The translations under genes and the position numbers were made by a program. Below, piece after piece: positions 1 through 9,521 of a stretch of DNA of 64,000 nucleotides. The first letter of the stretch is position 1. Each line of letters starts with the position of its first letter. This DNA is from an uncultured virus (IMG/VR IMGVR_UViG_2541047086_000003) (Duplodnaviria; Heunggongvirae; Uroviricota; Caudoviricetes): IMG/VR virus record IMGVR_UViG_2541047086_000003, positions 62,001-126,000 of that record; one strand, written 5' to 3'. The notes beneath the pieces were generated by a model. It saw nothing but the letters and a program-made list of their open reading frames with translations. It searched no databases and had not been told where the DNA came from.

Positions 1-771
1 GTAATCAAACAAGAAATTTGCATTCTTCTGTCTAAGGACTTCTCTGTGATGTTGAAAGTATTTATATTTCAATTGTCTTTTGTTTTCTTTCACGTTTAAT
101 GTAATATTTATATCGTAGTTAATGTTGTTCATAAGAAGGTTTACGAGTCTAACCTGATGATTCACATTCTCATGAAACCAATTCAAATCTTTCCTTTCTG
201 ATGGGATTATTTTGAATCCACTAACATGCTCCATAGATATACACTGTCCAGATTTCTGATTCTTAATCTTTACCTCACTAGTTTCTTGTACTATAAAATC
301 TTTGACCGTAACCCTGTTTATATTTATTCTGTCATAATGTATTTCATGTTTTTTACCCTTAGAGTCAAACACTTGTGTGAAGGCATTCAAACCCATCCAT
401 TCTGTTAAATTACCAGTTGAAAACTCGGCGGAGTCAAATTTTTCTGGGAATACCTTAGTGTAATCTCCTACTAAAAAACTCCTAATTTCATAAACTGAAG
501 TGGGTATTCCAGGTGATCTGAAGTTTGAATTTCCTGCTGCAAGAACATCTAGCTTATACAATTCGCCATCTACTGATATTCCATTGATAACTTTTGGGGT
601 GTCACCAATATCAATAAAGTCATTAACTAATGCACCCATTATCTCTAATGTAATTTCTTCTGGTTTATATATTAATGTACCTGGAACTTGGTTTTCTTTA
701 TCTTTATCAATCCACCAATACCCTTGTACAGTAAAAACATCAAAAATATCCTTATTTACTATGTTTTTCAT
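1..771 (-). CDS. ApeA N-terminal-domain-like protein, possible HEPN anti-phage RNase (runs off window edge)
   Basis: Not in the ORF track. Open frame from ATG at 771 (RBS AAGGAG) to base 1: MKNIVNKDIFDVFTVQGYWWIDKDKENQVPGTLIYKPEEITLEIMG...; the GYWW...VPGTL...LE.xG pattern resembles ApeA_NTD1. Confidence 0.6.
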   Translation of the reverse strand, partial: MKNIVNKDIFDVFTVQGYWWIDKDKENQVPGTLIYKPEEITLEIMGALVNDFIDIGDTPKVINGISVDGELYKLDVLAAGNSNFRSPGIPTSVYEIRSFLVGDYTKVFPEKFDSAEFSTGNLTEWMGLNAFTQVFDSKGKKHEIHYDRININRVTVKDFIVQETSEVKIKNQKSGQCISMEHVSGFKIIPSERKDLNWFHENVNHQVRLVNLLMNNINYDINITLNVKENKRQLKYKYFQHHREVLRQKNANFLFDY

Positions 772-917
772 AAAAACTCCTTTTTGTCATCAATGGTTTT
801 ATTAAAACTAATCAAAGGGGTGCTTTTTTCTTTAAATCACTCACTTAAGTCGTAAACAAAACTCCAATTGTTTCTCTCTTTCAATTAATTGATTATTTCA
901 TGACCTCACTCTTTTAT

Positions 918-1049
918 TTAAAGCCGTTTCCATTCAACATACTCAAATCGCTGCTGATAAAGGTCTTCTAGGATCGCGGCCCATTCAACCCAACCGTCAG
1001 CAACAATGCTTTTCTTCTCTCCATCCTCAATCCATTCAATCCAGTACAC
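918..1049 (-). CDS. yopG: YopG-like small protein (43 aa)
   Basis: Hand-translated GTG start: MYWIEWIEDGEKKSIVADGWVEWAAILEDLYQQRFEYVEWKRL; RBS GAGGAG; syntenic with yopF/yopE. Confidence 0.7.
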   Translation of the reverse strand: MYWIEWIEDGEKKSIVADGWVEWAAILEDLYQQRFEYVEWKRL

Positions 1050-1060
1050 CTGTACACTCC

Positions 1061-1276
1061 TCACCTAGTAATAACTTCAATTTGTCTTATGGCAGAAGTG
1101 ACTTTAAACTCTGTATGTAGCTCGTTTGAGATCACTAAAGCTTCTGACATTGTAGTGAACTTAGAAGCGCCATGAAGCCCCATAGATGCTATATAACCAC
1201 TGCCATCTAATTTAAATGACTTGAAGTAATCATCATTTTCAAATTGAATAACAAAAAAGTTATCGATAACCGGCAT
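1061..1276 (-). CDS. yopF: YopF-like hypothetical protein
   Basis: 71-aa ORF, synteny. Confidence 0.6.
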   Translation of the reverse strand: MPVIDNFFVIQFENDDYFKSFKLDGSGYIASMGLHGASKFTTMSEALVISNELHTEFKVTSAIRQIEVITR

Positions 1277-1278
1277 AT

Positions 1279-1530
1279 CTAATCCCTCTTCAGCAGACCA
1301 ACAATTTTTATTCCAACAGGCAGCAATCCACTTAAAACGTAAAACACCATGATGTTTATTTTACTCTTAAAAAACAACTCTGCCATGTTTTGTTGCATTC
1401 CTGGTGAACATGAATCAATCAGTTCCTGTTTAAATTCCTCATCGTAAACTTGGTCAACGAATAAGGCTTTAAATCCCGTCAGGAAGCCGACACCAAGCCA
1501 GAGTATTAAGAAATATGAAAATCCAATCAA
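1279..1530 (-). CDS. yopE: YopE-like membrane protein
   Basis: 83 aa, two hydrophobic segments, RBS GAGGAGGG, synteny. Confidence 0.6.
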   Translation of the reverse strand: MIGFSYFLILWLGVGFLTGFKALFVDQVYDEEFKQELIDSCSPGMQQNMAELFFKSKINIMVFYVLSGLLPVGIKIVGLLKRD

Positions 1531-1600
1531 AATAAAACCCTCCTCATATACATCGTCTGGTATTATAGTAGTGTTAAATACTTTGTGTAGGTGAAATTTA

Positions 1601-1783
1601 ATGGAAGAGAAAGATTTTGAGACTAACGGGTACGATGTAACAATTGTATATGATTATAAGGAGTATCCCGATGTTAAATATGGTCGCTGTGACAACTGTG
1701 ATTACGCTTTATTCAAGAGTTCAGTGAAAAGTGGTGTATTTTTGCGCGAGTGTCGTAGGTGTGGTATGAAGAAGAGCATTTAG
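1601..1783 (+). CDS. Small zinc-ribbon protein, oriented against the operon
   Basis: CxxC...CxxC, RBS AGGTGA, followed by a terminator-like hairpin (AAGAGCAT...ATGCTCTTTTTT). Confidence 0.7.
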   Translation: MEEKDFETNGYDVTIVYDYKEYPDVKYGRCDNCDYALFKSSVKSGVFLRECRRCGMKKSI

Positions 1784-1797
1784 TTTGATGCTCTTTT

Positions 1798-2022
1798 TTA
1801 TTTCACTGGAATCATGTAGCTTACATATACTTCAATTCCGTCTTCAGTTTTATATTCCGCAATTTTGTCTGGATCCGATTCAATCTTTTCAATAAGCCGC
1901 TTTGCACTTTTATTGCCCTTTTCACTATTTGCAGCAACAATCCAAGACCAATAATTCCATTCAGTTATGCAGGGCTTAATCTTTTCTGGTATTTCATGAC
2001 CTATTGTGTAAACCTTTATCAT
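1798..2022 (-). CDS. Hypothetical protein
   Basis: 74-aa ORF with RBS GGAGGGGAG. Confidence 0.7.
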   Translation of the reverse strand: MIKVYTIGHEIPEKIKPCITEWNYWSWIVAANSEKGNKSAKRLIEKIESDPDKIAEYKTEDGIEVYVSYMIPVK

Positions 2023-2126
2023 GTATACTCCCCTCCAAAATACTTCTTTGTTCTTAATACATACGCCTCTCCAAAAAAAGTCTGTAACGTGTTAAGGTTA
2101 ATCAAATTGCTTAAGGATGTGTTTTC

Positions 2127-2357
2127 ATGTTAAAGGCTTCAAAAATTTTCATTTCTTTTATGGCATTACTACTAGCCGTGTATTCCCTGTTTAATCAAAG
2201 TGGAATCCTGTTGATTTCTCTTCAGGTATTAGTTGCAGTTCTTTTTATCATAGTCGGGTTGGAATTGCTTTCAAAGAAACAAAAGAGCTATGGATATATC
2301 TTCTTTGGAACATCTGCCCTTATACTTGCCGTGAACATTATTAAATTCATGATTTAA
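2127..2357 (+). CDS. Small 3-TM membrane protein
   Basis: 76 aa, hydrophobic, RBS AAGGATG. Confidence 0.7.
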   Translation: MLKASKIFISFMALLLAVYSLFNQSGILLISLQVLVAVLFIIVGLELLSKKQKSYGYIFFGTSALILAVNIIKFMI

Positions 2358-2448
2358 ACCTCAGATGATAGTGCCTTTATGTATCTCAATCTCTTGTTGA
2401 ATACATAGTCTTCAAGCCTATTTCAACTTATAAGTTATTCTTATCTCA

Positions 2449-2676
2449 TTATTTAATCCAATTCGCCGGTGGAACGCTCAATACTCGATATTGTTCATCT
2501 AAATAAGCATGTTTCCTCTCCCAATCACTTTTCTTCCATGCTTCTTGATTTGTGTATGATGGATATATAGGTTTTGGATATTCACCGTTCACCCATCCCT
2601 CTTCAATATGATTTAGCTTGGCTTCGTTGACTTTATCATCGTATTTGTACCATACAGTTATCATTTTAGCTGCCAT
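2449..2676 (-). CDS. Hypothetical protein
   Basis: 75-aa ORF, RBS AGGAGAGG. Confidence 0.7.
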   Translation of the reverse strand: MAAKMITVWYKYDDKVNEAKLNHIEEGWVNGEYPKPIYPSYTNQEAWKKSDWERKHAYLDEQYRVLSVPPANWIK

Positions 2677-2709
2677 AAGTCATCCTCTCCTTTTAAAATC
2701 GCAGTTTTA

Positions 2710-3306
2710 TCATTTTACTATTCTTAAAAACAATGATCCCGACCAGGAAAATTTCAACATGCTCAAATCATGCTCTATATTAATGATGTAAGATCGCAAC
2801 CTCATTCTAATATCATCTGTTTTCATTTCTGACGAATTGTATTTTCTTGTTAACTCAACTATATTCTTTAACAATTCTCTGTGCTCTTTTTTATAATCAA
2901 CCCCTTTATTTTGAGCAATTTTTTCAAGGAATTGCAAATATTCAGAAGGAATTGTCTGATTATAAGTAATGTAGTTTTCAATTTTATATAGGGATGTTTT
3001 TATTGAAACTAAGGCATCTTCAATTAATGAATCGTAAATTTTTAAAGAAAAAAACAAAATCAATTGATAAGCAGTGTAAGAAAAAATCATATCTCTCGTA
3101 GAAGAAAAGACAGTTCCATCGGCTACATATCCTAAAATTTTCATTACAATTAAAGAACCCAAGTATGCTTCAAATAAATATATTAAAATATTAACAATTA
3201 GACGTAATACAAAGAAAGGATATTTGTTCTTGATGTAAAGGCAAAATAACAAAAGTGCCAATATTATAAATATCTTGTTACTAATGATTCCTATTAATAA
3301 TTGCAA
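2710..3306 (-). CDS. Membrane protein
   Basis: 198 aa, about 3 N-terminal TM segments, very AT-rich. Confidence 0.7.
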   Translation of the reverse strand: MQLLIGIISNKIFIILALLLFCLYIKNKYPFFVLRLIVNILIYLFEAYLGSLIVMKILGYVADGTVFSSTRDMIFSYTAYQLILFFSLKIYDSLIEDALVSIKTSLYKIENYITYNQTIPSEYLQFLEKIAQNKGVDYKKEHRELLKNIVELTRKYNSSEMKTDDIRMRLRSYIINIEHDLSMLKFSWSGSLFLRIVK

Positions 3307-3356
3307 TCAATCACTTCCATTTTTATATTTGGATGAAAGACTGGTTTCATTACAAC

Positions 3357-3830
3357 TTAATCAATCCTTGAGAACAGCTCGTTCAGTACTCTGTCAGGAT
3401 CAATACCATTACTATCTAGATTTTCACTTAGCTGCCCCAATAATAGGGCAATCTCATCTCGATTAAACTTAAATTCTTCCTTGTCTAAGTCTAGTAACAG
3501 TTCTAATGACTTCACAACTTTAACAATTTGGACTGGTGAAAGATTTAGTTCGACTTCCTGTTTCCTGTCGATTGTAACTGGAACAGATAATAAAGAAGAA
3601 GGGACTTTTAAGCTTCTGCTTCCGAAAAGAATTCTAACCATTTGGCCGGTCAATTCGTAATACTGGCCTTCTAGTTTTCCTTGAGAACCTTTTTTTCTTA
3701 TCAAGGCAGCTTTATCTGATGACCCATTATAATAATTATCATGCAGCAAAACTTCAGTACCGGCAGTCAAGCTTTGTTTTTCTTCTTCAGAAAGTTCGCT
3801 TATTTTAACCCATTCTTTATCACTAGCCAA
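3357..3830 (-). CDS. Hypothetical protein
   Basis: 157-aa ORF, RBS AAGGTGGG. Confidence 0.7.
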   Translation of the reverse strand: MASDKEWVKISELSEEEKQSLTAGTEVLLHDNYYNGSSDKAALIRKKGSQGKLEGQYYELTGQMVRILFGSRSLKVPSSLLSVPVTIDRKQEVELNLSPVQIVKVVKSLELLLDLDKEEFKFNRDEIALLLGQLSENLDSNGIDPDRVLNELFSRID

Positions 3831-3842
3831 TTAAAACCCACC

Positions 3843-4160
3843 TTAATTATATTTTTCAATGATTCTTGAAGCAGCGTCATTAAAAGCTGTTTCTGGGCAC
3901 TTAGAATTAAAAATATTTAATAGCTTTTCTTCAGTGAATTCCCTTTTCATATCCGCAATCATTTGGTTTTCACAGTCATAAGAATTAAAACTTAAATGGG
4001 CTAAATCACTGAGCGAAGATGATTCTCCTTCTGGGAGTTGAATTTCATTTTGGCGGGGATTATACATATAAAAACCACCAATATATTTAAAGCTTTTAGA
4101 TATCTCCATTTTATGAATTGTCGAGTCGTCTAAATTTAACTCTGATATGAACTTATACAT
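3843..4160 (-). CDS. Hypothetical protein
   Basis: 105-aa ORF, RBS AAGGAGAG. Confidence 0.7.
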   Translation of the reverse strand: MYKFISELNLDDSTIHKMEISKSFKYIGGFYMYNPRQNEIQLPEGESSSLSDLAHLSFNSYDCENQMIADMKREFTEEKLLNIFNSKCPETAFNDAASRIIEKYN

Positions 4161-4213
4161 TATGTACTCTCCTTCATTTATTAAGATGAAAGAATGATTT
4201 TAACTTAATTGCT

Positions 4214-4489
4214 TTACTCGTTTAAGTATCCTTTTTCCGTTTCAGATATTATTCCGCCCCACTCAGATGACCAAAGTGTAAATGTTTTGCTGTTTGTTAG
4301 TTTAACGAAAATCGGGTAGGAATCAACGGGCTCTATTCTTGCCTTTTGTCCCAACATCTCTGAGTAGACTTCTTCAAAATCTTGCTTACTTGACCAGGAA
4401 GGCTTTTTTATGTATGCATATTCCACCACATCACCTAAAATATCCTTCATTTCTCTAGTTAGAATAATTGTGTCATTGATTAGTTGCAT
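4214..4489 (-). CDS. Hypothetical protein
   Basis: 91-aa ORF, RBS GAGGTG. Confidence 0.7.
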   Translation of the reverse strand: MQLINDTIILTREMKDILGDVVEYAYIKKPSWSSKQDFEEVYSEMLGQKARIEPVDSYPIFVKLTNSKTFTLWSSEWGGIISETEKGYLNE

Positions 4490-4518
4490 ATTGCACCTCT
4501 ATCTAGGTTAAAGATTTT

Positions 4519-4908
4519 TTATTCATTAACACCATTTTCATATTCAAGGTTGTATGTTGCTATTTCGTGTACTCCTATATCCCCTGCAAAGTTTCCATCC
4601 TCATATTCCTGTTGCAAATAAACCGCTTTATCTTTTTCGAAGATTTCTCTTGCTTCAACTAATTCAGTTACAGCTTGTGACCCCATTCGATCTGTTACAG
4701 TAAAAACTAAGCACCGTTTTAACTCGGTACCGTCTTTAAGGACTACGTCTGCTATGACGTACCCATTTGGCTTTAATTCGCCAATTTCATTGCGTCTTTT
4801 ATCAATTGCCTCTTGAAGAACCACAGAAACAGTATTGTTATCGGACTTACTTAAAGCCATTTCTAATTCTTCAATTTCTTCAAGTAACACTTGAATTTCC
4901 TCTCTCAT
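4519..4908 (-). CDS. Hypothetical acidic protein
   Basis: 129-aa ORF, RBS AAGGGAGAG. Confidence 0.7.
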   Translation of the reverse strand: MREEIQVLLEEIEELEMALSKSDNNTVSVVLQEAIDKRRNEIGELKPNGYVIADVVLKDGTELKRCLVFTVTDRMGSQAVTELVEAREIFEKDKAVYLQQEYEDGNFAGDIGVHEIATYNLEYENGVNE

Positions 4909-4967
4909 TTTATCTCTCCCTTTGTTGTAAAGTGCAATTTTATGCTGTTCCTCAAAGTGTCTCGCAA

Positions 4968-5282
4968 TTATTCCACTTTCAACAAGATTGCTTTTTGATT
5001 TCTAAACTCTGTCAATTCAATATTTTTTTGAAGACCCTGATCCAATAAGAAGTGATACATTTTTTCTGTTTGATTATCCTTTTTTTCGTTGGGCATTCCC
5101 CGGAAAGCCATATTACCGCATGTATAATAGAGGCAGTAACCGTCGTCAAACATCTTCTCAAAAGTGAAACCCGCTGAAATATTGCTTAGTCCTTTTACTC
5201 TGCTTTTAGAGCTCTCAGATTTTTTAAAGTTGCCTTTTAATAAAATTCGCTGAACTTTTGCTTTTAAAGAAGTTGGCAACAT
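4968..5282 (-). CDS. Hypothetical protein
   Basis: 104-aa ORF, RBS AGAGGA. Confidence 0.7.
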   Translation of the reverse strand: MLPTSLKAKVQRILLKGNFKKSESSKSRVKGLSNISAGFTFEKMFDDGYCLYYTCGNMAFRGMPNEKKDNQTEKMYHFLLDQGLQKNIELTEFRNQKAILLKVE

Positions 5283-5383
5283 TTCTTTTCCTCTTTTCCC
5301 TATGAAAGTACGATTTTATAAAAAAAGCCTGCAATTATCCTTCATGTATACATTGCAGGCTACAATTCCCACTTAGTTCTGCC

Positions 5384-5626
5384 CTAGTTTTGCTTTACTC
5401 TTTCAACGAATCTTGATGCTAACTCCCTGTATATTACTTCACTAATCATATGTAGTTGAGTGATATTCGTATTAAAAGTATCATGTAAATTTCTAACCTT
5501 TCCCTGCTCTAGGACACCTGATTCCCGCCACTGTTTTAATTCATTAAAGCAATCTGCTAGAAAGGTATCCGTTTGCTCTTTTAAATGTTGTTCTAAATTA
5601 TTCAATCTCTCCACTCTCTTTTCCAT
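5384..5626 (-). CDS. Hypothetical protein
   Basis: 80-aa ORF directly downstream of the sigma-A promoter at 5659-5687. Confidence 0.65.
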   Translation of the reverse strand: MEKRVERLNNLEQHLKEQTDTFLADCFNELKQWRESGVLEQGKVRNLHDTFNTNITQLHMISEVIYRELASRFVERVKQN

Positions 5627-5658
5627 TGTTTTTTAATGTTTCCTTAACTTGTAACTTT

Positions 5659-5687
5659 AATATACCATGATCACTTAAAGTGATCAA
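5659..5687 (-). promoter_or_regulatory. Sigma-A promoter overlapped by a 19-bp palindromic operator
   Basis: Minus strand TTGATC-17bp-TATATT with extended TG; palindrome TGATCACT-TAA-AGTGATCA at 5668-5686. Confidence 0.75.
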
Positions 5688-5694
5688 TATCTTT

Positions 5695-5898
5695 TTAATC
5701 TTTTTTGTAAATCAACAGCTCATGCAACTCAATGTCTAAATATGTACAGACTTTATCCAACAGATCCCTTGGGTACCGCTCCATTTCGTCATGATACAGC
5801 TTTCTAACTGTGTTAAAACCATGGTCAATATCATTGGACAGCTTTCGAATACTGATATTCCTTTCGTCTAATATTGGCTTTAAATTTGATTTAATCAA
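5695..5898 (-). CDS. yopB: YopB-like Cro/XRE HTH transcriptional regulator
   Basis: Probable TTG start at 5898 after [26 protein letters not shown]...[13 protein letters not shown]. Confidence 0.8.
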   Translation of the reverse strand: MIKSNLKPILDERNISIRKLSNDIDHGFNTVRKLYHDEMERYPRDLLDKVCTYLDIELHELLIYKKD

Positions 5899-5991
5899 TA
5901 TTACTACCTCGCATTCATTATGTATGATCACTTTAAATTATCATTATATCCATAAAAAAGGTCAAGGATATACCTTGACTATGTATTAAGC

Positions 5992-6429
5992 TTACCAATC
6001 AAATGAATCTTCATGTTCAAATCCATAAATACCTTTAATCCACACATCTCCGCATCCTGGATTCTTTGTAATCTCTAACACATGATTACGATTTGCATCT
6101 CCCTCTACTCGATCTGCAGCAGTATAGTCGGCATAGTTCCCTACAAACTGCTTTTCACTACGTGGGAATACCCAGCCAGCAAGAGTTATCCTACTGATTT
6201 TCATATTTAGAGTACACCCCTCAGCATTGCTAATTGTGAATTTGTAGAAGAGCCAAGTGCGATAATAGTTCCGATCAAAATAATCTGCCATTGAAAAACT
6301 CTCTGAATCCTCACTCATGTGAAAATTCACGTTTTTGTAGTCTAATGTAAGCTTCGCCTCAGCACTTGGTGTGTTAAAACTCAATATAAAACCAATGCAA
6401 ATCACAACCAAAAAGATTAGCTTTTTCAT
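5992..6429 (-). CDS. Secreted protein
   Basis: Sec signal peptide MKK-hydrophobic-AEA; RBS GGGGAGAGG. Confidence 0.75.
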   Translation of the reverse strand: MKKLIFLVVICIGFILSFNTPSAEAKLTLDYKNVNFHMSEDSESFSMADYFDRNYYRTWLFYKFTISNAEGCTLNMKISRITLAGWVFPRSEKQFVGNYADYTAADRVEGDANRNHVLEITKNPGCGDVWIKGIYGFEHEDSFDW

Positions 6430-6733
6430 TTCCTCTCCCCCTTTTCCAAAATTATACTATATTTGAAATAAAGGTGAAAGAACAGGCAGAAGCTTCTCGA
6501 TTTTCCTATATTCTCTATGATATAGCTAGATATACACGTATCTATGAATATCTACATGTATTTATAAGTATTTATACCTCCCTATATCACACAAATACAC
6601 CTTATTGAGAACAAAAATATTTATTTTAGTTCATTTTTAAGAACAATTCTTCCATTTTTATGATATAATCATCACTGCTTATAGGCAACCTTACTGCTTA
6701 TTCGCCATATGGTATAGGAAAGAGGTTCTTTTA

Positions 6734-7828
6734 ATGAACGTAAAACATTCTAACTGTTTCTTTGTTATCAGGCTGTTTGCTGCTCTTTGTGTGTTGATTG
6801 GTCATGCTACAAGAGATCTAAATATTTCTGTCTTTGGTTATACCCCAGAGAGCAAAGCAATATTTCACACCGGCATATCAATCTTCTTTTTTCTAAGTGC
6901 ATTTTTTCTTTTCACTTCCTATGAAAGATCTAAGCTTAAAGGGAATAATGTAACTGATTTTTATTGGAGCAGAATCATCAGAATCGCACCCGCTATATAC
7001 ACCTATGCTATCGTCTCCACCATCCTGTTAATTGTTCTGGGAGCTCTTTCATTAACAGTATTCACTACTAAAGAGTACTGGATATGGCTTCTGAGCAATC
7101 TTGTGCTATACCCTCAATACTTCCCTGACATATTCCATCACATTGGCACAGGTCGCCTTAACGATTCACTTTGGACAATTCCTGTTCAGATTAGCTTTTA
7201 CCTGGTGTTACCCGCAATTTATTGGTTTTATAAACGTTTCGGATTCCAAAAAATGATTCTTTTCTCTTTTGCTGTTTCCGCTTTCAGTGTGTTGGTTTCT
7301 TTTATAACATTGAAGCACTCGCCTGACAGTTTGATCGGTAACCTGTACTTACATTCTTTCCTGCCACAGATGTTTTATTTCACTTTGGGCATCTTCTGGG
7401 CAAAGGCATGGAGAAAGTCACCGCCGCAGCATATTGTTTTATTTTTATCTTCGGTAATTTTATTTTTACTCATTAAGGCAGACCCCATGCATCTTAGTTC
7501 AATAAACAGCACATTATGGAGCTTTTTATGGTTCGTACCTCTGAGCTATGCACTCGTCTGGTTTGGTTACAATGGGCCGAAGATATTGTGGCAGCTGAAC
7601 CGGTTAGACGATATCAGTATGGGAATTTTTATATGGCACATGGTGATCATCAACATCTTCTTATACACTGGAATTAATAAAACATTGTCTGATTACCCGC
7701 TGATCATAGCCCTAATTGCTGTTACTGCTGCATCCGCATTTCTTTCGTACAGAATAGTGGAAAAACCCGCTCTTAAATTACGTAATATCAAGAAAAACAA
7801 ACCGGTTAAAACAAGGATTGCGAGCTAA
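6734..7828 (+). CDS. Acyltransferase family 3 (OafA-like O-acetyltransferase), moron
   Basis: About 10 TMs; motifs R.FAALCVLIGH, FFFLSAF, SRIIRIAP, SLWTIPVQ, SMGIFIWH, VEKP; own extended -10 (TGATATAAT, 6661-6669) and downstream hairpin. Confidence 0.85.
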   Translation: MNVKHSNCFFVIRLFAALCVLIGHATRDLNISVFGYTPESKAIFHTGISIFFFLSAFFLFTSYERSKLKGNNVTDFYWSRIIRIAPAIYTYAIVSTILLIVLGALSLTVFTTKEYWIWLLSNLVLYPQYFPDIFHHIGTGRLNDSLWTIPVQISFYLVLPAIYWFYKRFGFQKMILFSFAVSAFSVLVSFITLKHSPDSLIGNLYLHSFLPQMFYFTLGIFWAKAWRKSPPQHIVLFLSSVILFLLIKADPMHLSSINSTLWSFLWFVPLSYALVWFGYNGPKILWQLNRLDDISMGIFIWHMVIINIFLYTGINKTLSDYPLIIALIAVTAASAFLSYRIVEKPALKLRNIKKNKPVKTRIAS

Positions 7829-7918
7829 CTGCAAGGGCTGTTCTTATGTAGGCAGCCCGAATCCTGTTTAGCATGAAATGGTGTTTTTATTTAAAATAGG
7901 CTTTGGAATACTAACGTT

Positions 7919-8029
7919 TCATCCAATAACTTTGATATTTTCGCTTTCACATGATGGACAGTCTTCATCAAAGTCATCGCCATTCCATTTATACCCGCAT
8001 TCTTCACACTTGATTAGCAGCTCATCCAT
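7919..8029 (-). CDS. Very small zinc-ribbon protein (36 aa)
   Basis: MDELLIKCEECGYKWNGDDFDEDCPSCESENIKVIG; RBS GGGGAG. Confidence 0.6.
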   Translation of the reverse strand: MDELLIKCEECGYKWNGDDFDEDCPSCESENIKVIG

Positions 8030-8043
8030 TTTATCTCCCCTTT

Positions 8044-8226
8044 TCATTCTGTTTCGTAAACAATAGATGACTTTTCATTTTCTTTTACCGTCTGTGCCAC
8101 AACAAAGCCTGTATTATTAAAAATTTCTCTATAATCTTTAGGATTATGAATGACATAATGCTTAAACCCAAGTTTGTTTGCTCTCTCATTTGCAAGATTG
8201 ATTGCAAAATCTTTGCTATATCCCAT
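8044..8226 (-). CDS. Hypothetical protein
   Basis: 60-aa ORF coupled to the upstream gene. Confidence 0.65.
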   Translation of the reverse strand: MGYSKDFAINLANERANKLGFKHYVIHNPKDYREIFNNTGFVVAQTVKENEKSSIVYETE

Positions 8227-8432
8227 TACAACCCTTTTTTCATTTCTTGTAATTGATTGTATACTTGCTCTAATTCATCATCGTATAGCTGAAACTCTTT
8301 AACATCTTCTTCTGACTGTTTCACCTTAAAATCAATAGTAATCTCTCCATTGGGATCAGGGTTGTTTATCTTATAAGAAACTTCCGCTCCATCATCGTAG
8401 TCAAATTTAATCCATCTCTTCATGTTAATCAC
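8226..8432 (-). CDS. Hypothetical protein
   Basis: ORF with RBS AAAGGTG (start probably 8423). Confidence 0.65.
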   Translation of the reverse strand: MINMKRWIKFDYDDGAEVSYKINNPDPNGEITIDFKVKQSEEDVKEFQLYDDELEQVYNQLQEMKKGL

Positions 8433-8459
8433 CTTTCTTTAAATACATGTTTTATTTCT

Positions 8460-8624
8460 TTATTTAATCTTAGCTTCTATTTGTACAAACTCTCCCAGTG
8501 GCTCAGCACATGCTACTTCGTACATGCAGTCGTCATATGTATTGAGTAGAACTTGTGTTTCCTCTGTTATTTCCCCTTTGTCTATCAACTCTTGCAATGA
8601 ATCAATCAATTGTTTAACCTTCAT
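8460..8624 (-). CDS. Hypothetical protein (54 aa)
   Basis: MKVKQLIDSLQELIDKGEITEETQVLL...; RBS GAGAGGGG. Confidence 0.55.
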   Translation of the reverse strand: MKVKQLIDSLQELIDKGEITEETQVLLNTYDDCMYEVACAEPLGEFVQIEAKIK

Positions 8625-8650
8625 GGCTATTGTATTTCCCCTCTCTTTAG

Positions 8651-8998
8651 CTACTCAGTTGGCCTAATTAATCGTTCAATCCCTTTTACATAATCAAAAA
8701 AGTCGTCTTGATCGTCAAGAATGTCGAACATGTCATGTTCGCCTGTAAAAAGCCATTGTGGATTCTCACCATTTGTTTGAATCTCCATAATAAAGGTGGT
8801 ATCGCCTTCTACAATATCTTCATCTTCTTCGATCTCATAATGATACTCAATCAATTTTTTTAAAGCTTGACTATCTTTTATTTCTTTTGAATAAAATGTT
8901 AACCCCTGATCTTCGTACTCTTTTAATTTAAAGCCATTATCCAGTAAAAATTGAAGGACGTTTTCATTTAAAGTTGTCATAATTATTCCATCTCCCAT
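8651..8998 (-). CDS. Hypothetical acidic protein
   Basis: ORF; start probably ATG 8980 after GGAGATGG. Confidence 0.7.
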   Translation of the reverse strand: MGDGIIMTTLNENVLQFLLDNGFKLKEYEDQGLTFYSKEIKDSQALKKLIEYHYEIEEDEDIVEGDTTFIMEIQTNGENPQWLFTGEHDMFDILDDQDDFFDYVKGIERLIRPTE

Positions 8999-9080
8999 TC
9001 AAGAATTTAAAAATACTAACAACCTCCTGCATAAGCAGGAACGCTCAGGGCTTAATGCGGTTTATTCTCCCCCTGAGGAG

Positions 9081-9413
9081 CTAGATAACACGGGCAAGTC
9101 TTTCACGGTATAATTCGGCTGTAACTCGACTATCTTCTATATCAAACAAAATCGTTCTCTTATCTTTTCCCATTGCTTCTGCTAGAGTCTCTATTTCATT
9201 TTGAGAAAAACTATTTAAAGTGTCCTGTCTATTCTTTGTTATATACTCTGAAACTTCTATTAGGGTCCCTTCGAACATCACTTCGCCGAATTTAGATACT
9301 GTACAAATATTTTGGTTTCTTTTAAAGATTGTGTATCCGTTAATCTCTTCTTTTTGATTGTTGCTGATTTCTTTAATTTGATGAACTAATGTTTTCATTT
9401 CTCGTTCCCTCAT
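9081..9413 (-). CDS. Hypothetical protein
   Basis: ORF directly downstream of the promoter at 9435-9463. Confidence 0.7.
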   Translation of the reverse strand: MREREMKTLVHQIKEISNNQKEEINGYTIFKRNQNICTVSKFGEVMFEGTLIEVSEYITKNRQDTLNSFSQNEIETLAEAMGKDKRTILFDIEDSRVTAELYRERLARVI

Positions 9414-9434
9414 TTCAATTTTTTCTATACTTTT

Positions 9435-9463
9435 ATTATATATTGACTACTTTAAATAGTCAA
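9435..9463 (-). promoter_or_regulatory. Near-consensus sigma-A promoter overlapped by the 19-bp operator
   Basis: Minus strand TTGACT-17bp-TATAAT; operator TGACTACTTTAAATAGTCA at 9444-9462. Confidence 0.8.
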
Positions 9464-9521
9464 ATGTTTTTTGGCAGGTATTTGCTTATTTGGAATGTCA
9501 TGAAACCGCTGTTTGTTTTAT

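Noticed and set aside
226..805. Plus-strand ORFs 226-408 and 500-805, and similar antisense ORFs across the track
   Set aside because: Shadows of real genes on the opposite strand or frame, without RBSs
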